From NCBI GenBank assembly GCA_964642015.1, contig CAZXLF010000002.1:2717-66716 (forward strand): a DNA stretch of 64,000 bases. The letters are read 5' to 3'. Numbering within the stretch: position 1 is the first letter of the stretch; each line of letters starts with the position of its first letter. The stretch is from an uncultured Planctomycetia bacterium. GTDB taxonomy: Bacteria > Omnitrophota > Gorgyraeia > 2-02-FULL-51-18. Shown here one piece after another: positions 62,094 to 64,000 of the stretch. Made by a program: the position numbers and the translations under genes. A model generated the notes under the pieces. That model was not told the origin of the DNA, made no database searches, and worked only from the letters and a program-made list of their open reading frames with translations.

Positions 62094-63914
62094 ATGCCAG
62101 ATAATGATGAATTAGCCAAGAATTCTGCAATCATGATGTCGGATGAGATGCCGTCCAATGATTGGTTGGAGTATTGGTACGTTTTTTTGGCACACGCATG
62201 GATCATCGGAGCTATTACGACGGTTTTTTTTATCGTATCGGCTTTCCATTTTTTTAGTCTGCCTAATCTTTATACGGCTACGACCACGATCTTAGCTTAC
62301 CCGGCCGATAACCCTATCCAGCAATCATCCCATCAAGATGTCCAAACGCCTACGTATGGCCAAGAGGAGGAATATTACGGCACACAATTGGCTATTCTGA
62401 CCGGTATGGAAGTCGAAGAAGAGGCCATCAAAGAGCTTGGAGGCAACGTAGCCGATTATACGGTCAATGCCGAGCATGTGCATGACACAAGGATCCTATC
62501 GTTATCCGTGACCCATCGCGATCCTGAGGTCGCTGCCAAAGTAGCTAATAAGTTCGCCGAGGTCTTTGTGAGGGAAAGTAAGCGTGAAGGCGCATTCATC
62601 GGACAGCAGATTTTAAAATTCCTGCCAGATGATCAGAAAGTCTCAAATCCGAATCCTGTTTTGCAAGCCGGGGGCGCATCGGGAGATAATCTGTCTGGGT
62701 TCAGTAAGCAGGAATTTGCTTCATCGTTAGTGAATGTCTCCAATGACCCTCAGATCCAGCAGCTTAGAAGTGAAAAGCTAGGGATTCTTTCAAAGTTGAC
62801 CGAATTATCACAGCGATACAAATCCGAACATCCGATAATTCTCGATTTAAATCAGCGTCTGGGTATTATTGAAAATGAGATCAAGGCAAGGACCGAAACC
62901 ATATTGAGCAATGTTAAGGCGAACCTTGCTGGCGAGACGAACGTGACGAACATTAAGGTATTGCAGGAAGCCCGCGTTCCGTCAGGCCCCTCTCAGCCCA
63001 ATCGTTTTAAAGGCATTCTTTTATGGACGCTCGGAGGGTTTTTTATCAGTACTTTTTTTGTGTTTCTATTCGAGTTTTCTAACCAAAAGATACGCGATGA
63101 ACATGACGCGACAGCCATGGGTCTGACTTTTTTAGGTTACATCCCCTTGACTAAGGATTTCTTAGTTAGACGCCGAACTAGTGGCTATCATCCAGAAGAT
63201 GTGGATCTGATCAAAGTGCTTAAATCCAATTCTACTTTAGCTGATTCAGTCGCTAATGCGCGCACACATATCCTTTTTTCGATGCCTTATGAAAAGTCGC
63301 GACGCATCATGTTGACAAGCGCTATACCTGGTGAAGGTAAATCAACGCTTGCAGCGCTACTAGCTATTTCGTTGACCACTTTGGGAAGGAATATCTTGTT
63401 GATTGATGCGGATCTAAGAAAGCCTTCTCTGCACAGGTATTTGGGTTTTAGAAATGAAAAAGGATTGACCGATTATCTTGTTGGAACAGCTACGCTGGAT
63501 GAGGTCGTTCAATCTTTGAAAGGTAATTCTTTACAAATGATCACAGCGGGGTCCATATCCCCTAATCCCTCAGAACTATTATCTTCCGAAAGGTTTCGTG
63601 AGCTTTTGGATAAATGCGGAGAACGATTTGATAGGGTCGTCATCGATGTTCCTCCGGTACTGTATATTCCCGATGGGCTTATTGTTGCCAAAGTCGTTCA
63701 TACGGGCATTTTGATCTGTGGAGCCGGTATGGTGCATAAGAGAACTATTCAGCAGGTAAAAGAAAAATTTGATTCAGTAGGTTACTCATTTATCGGCACG
63801 ATCATTAACCGTGCCGATTTTGACAGACAAGCTTATCGCTATAAGTACTATGGTAATTATAAGAGTTATTACAATACCGCGCGTCAGCAACCGATTGTTA
63901 TTCAGCATCGTTGA
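62094..63914 (+). CDS. Polysaccharide co-polymerase/tyrosine autokinase (Wzc-like)
   Basis: Two TM segments, TSAIPGEGKST, IDADLRKP, IDVPP, C-terminal Tyr cluster YRYKYYGNYKSYY. Confidence 0.92.
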   Translation: MPDNDELAKNSAIMMSDEMPSNDWLEYWYVFLAHAWIIGAITTVFFIVSAFHFFSLPNLYTATTTILAYPADNPIQQSSHQDVQTPTYGQEEEYYGTQLAILTGMEVEEEAIKELGGNVADYTVNAEHVHDTRILSLSVTHRDPEVAAKVANKFAEVFVRESKREGAFIGQQILKFLPDDQKVSNPNPVLQAGGASGDNLSGFSKQEFASSLVNVSNDPQIQQLRSEKLGILSKLTELSQRYKSEHPIILDLNQRLGIIENEIKARTETILSNVKANLAGETNVTNIKVLQEARVPSGPSQPNRFKGILLWTLGGFFISTFFVFLFEFSNQKIRDEHDATAMGLTFLGYIPLTKDFLVRRRTSGYHPEDVDLIKVLKSNSTLADSVANARTHILFSMPYEKSRRIMLTSAIPGEGKSTLAALLAISLTTLGRNILLIDADLRKPSLHRYLGFRNEKGLTDYLVGTATLDEVVQSLKGNSLQMITAGSISPNPSELLSSERFRELLDKCGERFDRVVIDVPPVLYIPDGLIVAKVVHTGILICGAGMVHKRTIQQVKEKFDSVGYSFIGTIINRADFDRQAYRYKYYGNYKSYYNTARQQPIVIQHR

Positions 63915-64000
63915 AGAATGATCCGTTTTATGCGGAGGAAATAATGTTTAAAAACGAGATTAAGATGAGTTCGATCGTTCATTGCAGTCCGGATCAAGTG

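Noticed and set aside
63944-64000. Start of a further CDS after wzc (RBS GGAGG, ATG at 63944)
   Set aside because: Only 19 codons are visible, too few to assign

Overview
Bacterial (diderm: lptF/lptG present) genomic window with five zones. (1) 1-15 kb: a rearranged glycosylation island with six GT2/GT4 genes, two NTP_transf_5-type nucleotidyltransferases, an HprK-related kinase, a JmjC oxygenase and two PqqD/RRE proteins carrying C-terminal leader-peptide-like tails. (2) 15-23 kb: metabolic cargo blocks (glucose dehydrogenase-cyclase-6PGDH-GH15; PaaK-like ligase) separated by promoter-bearing 5' halves of tRNA-His and ending at the intact tRNA-His. (3) 23-37 kb: signalling genes, two GH16 paralogues, a PKD protein, MscL, rhodanese and a GT-C enzyme. 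(4) 37.5-52 kb: a tRNA cluster in which three tRNAs are each followed by a related 130-185 bp structured element whose ends match the host tRNA T-arm, then core genes (PTS EIIA/HPr/EI, yvcK, GH57, metK, ahcY, lptGF, comF, nth). (5) 52-64 kb: an apparently uncharacterised RiPP cluster (RRE, three radical SAM/SPASM-type enzymes, a 60-aa precursor ending in Ser, HprK-like kinase, S24/S26 peptidase, ABC exporter, nucleotidyltransferase) directly upstream of Wza/Wzc polysaccharide export genes. All calls come from reading motifs by eye; no database searches were run, and several start codons are uncertain.
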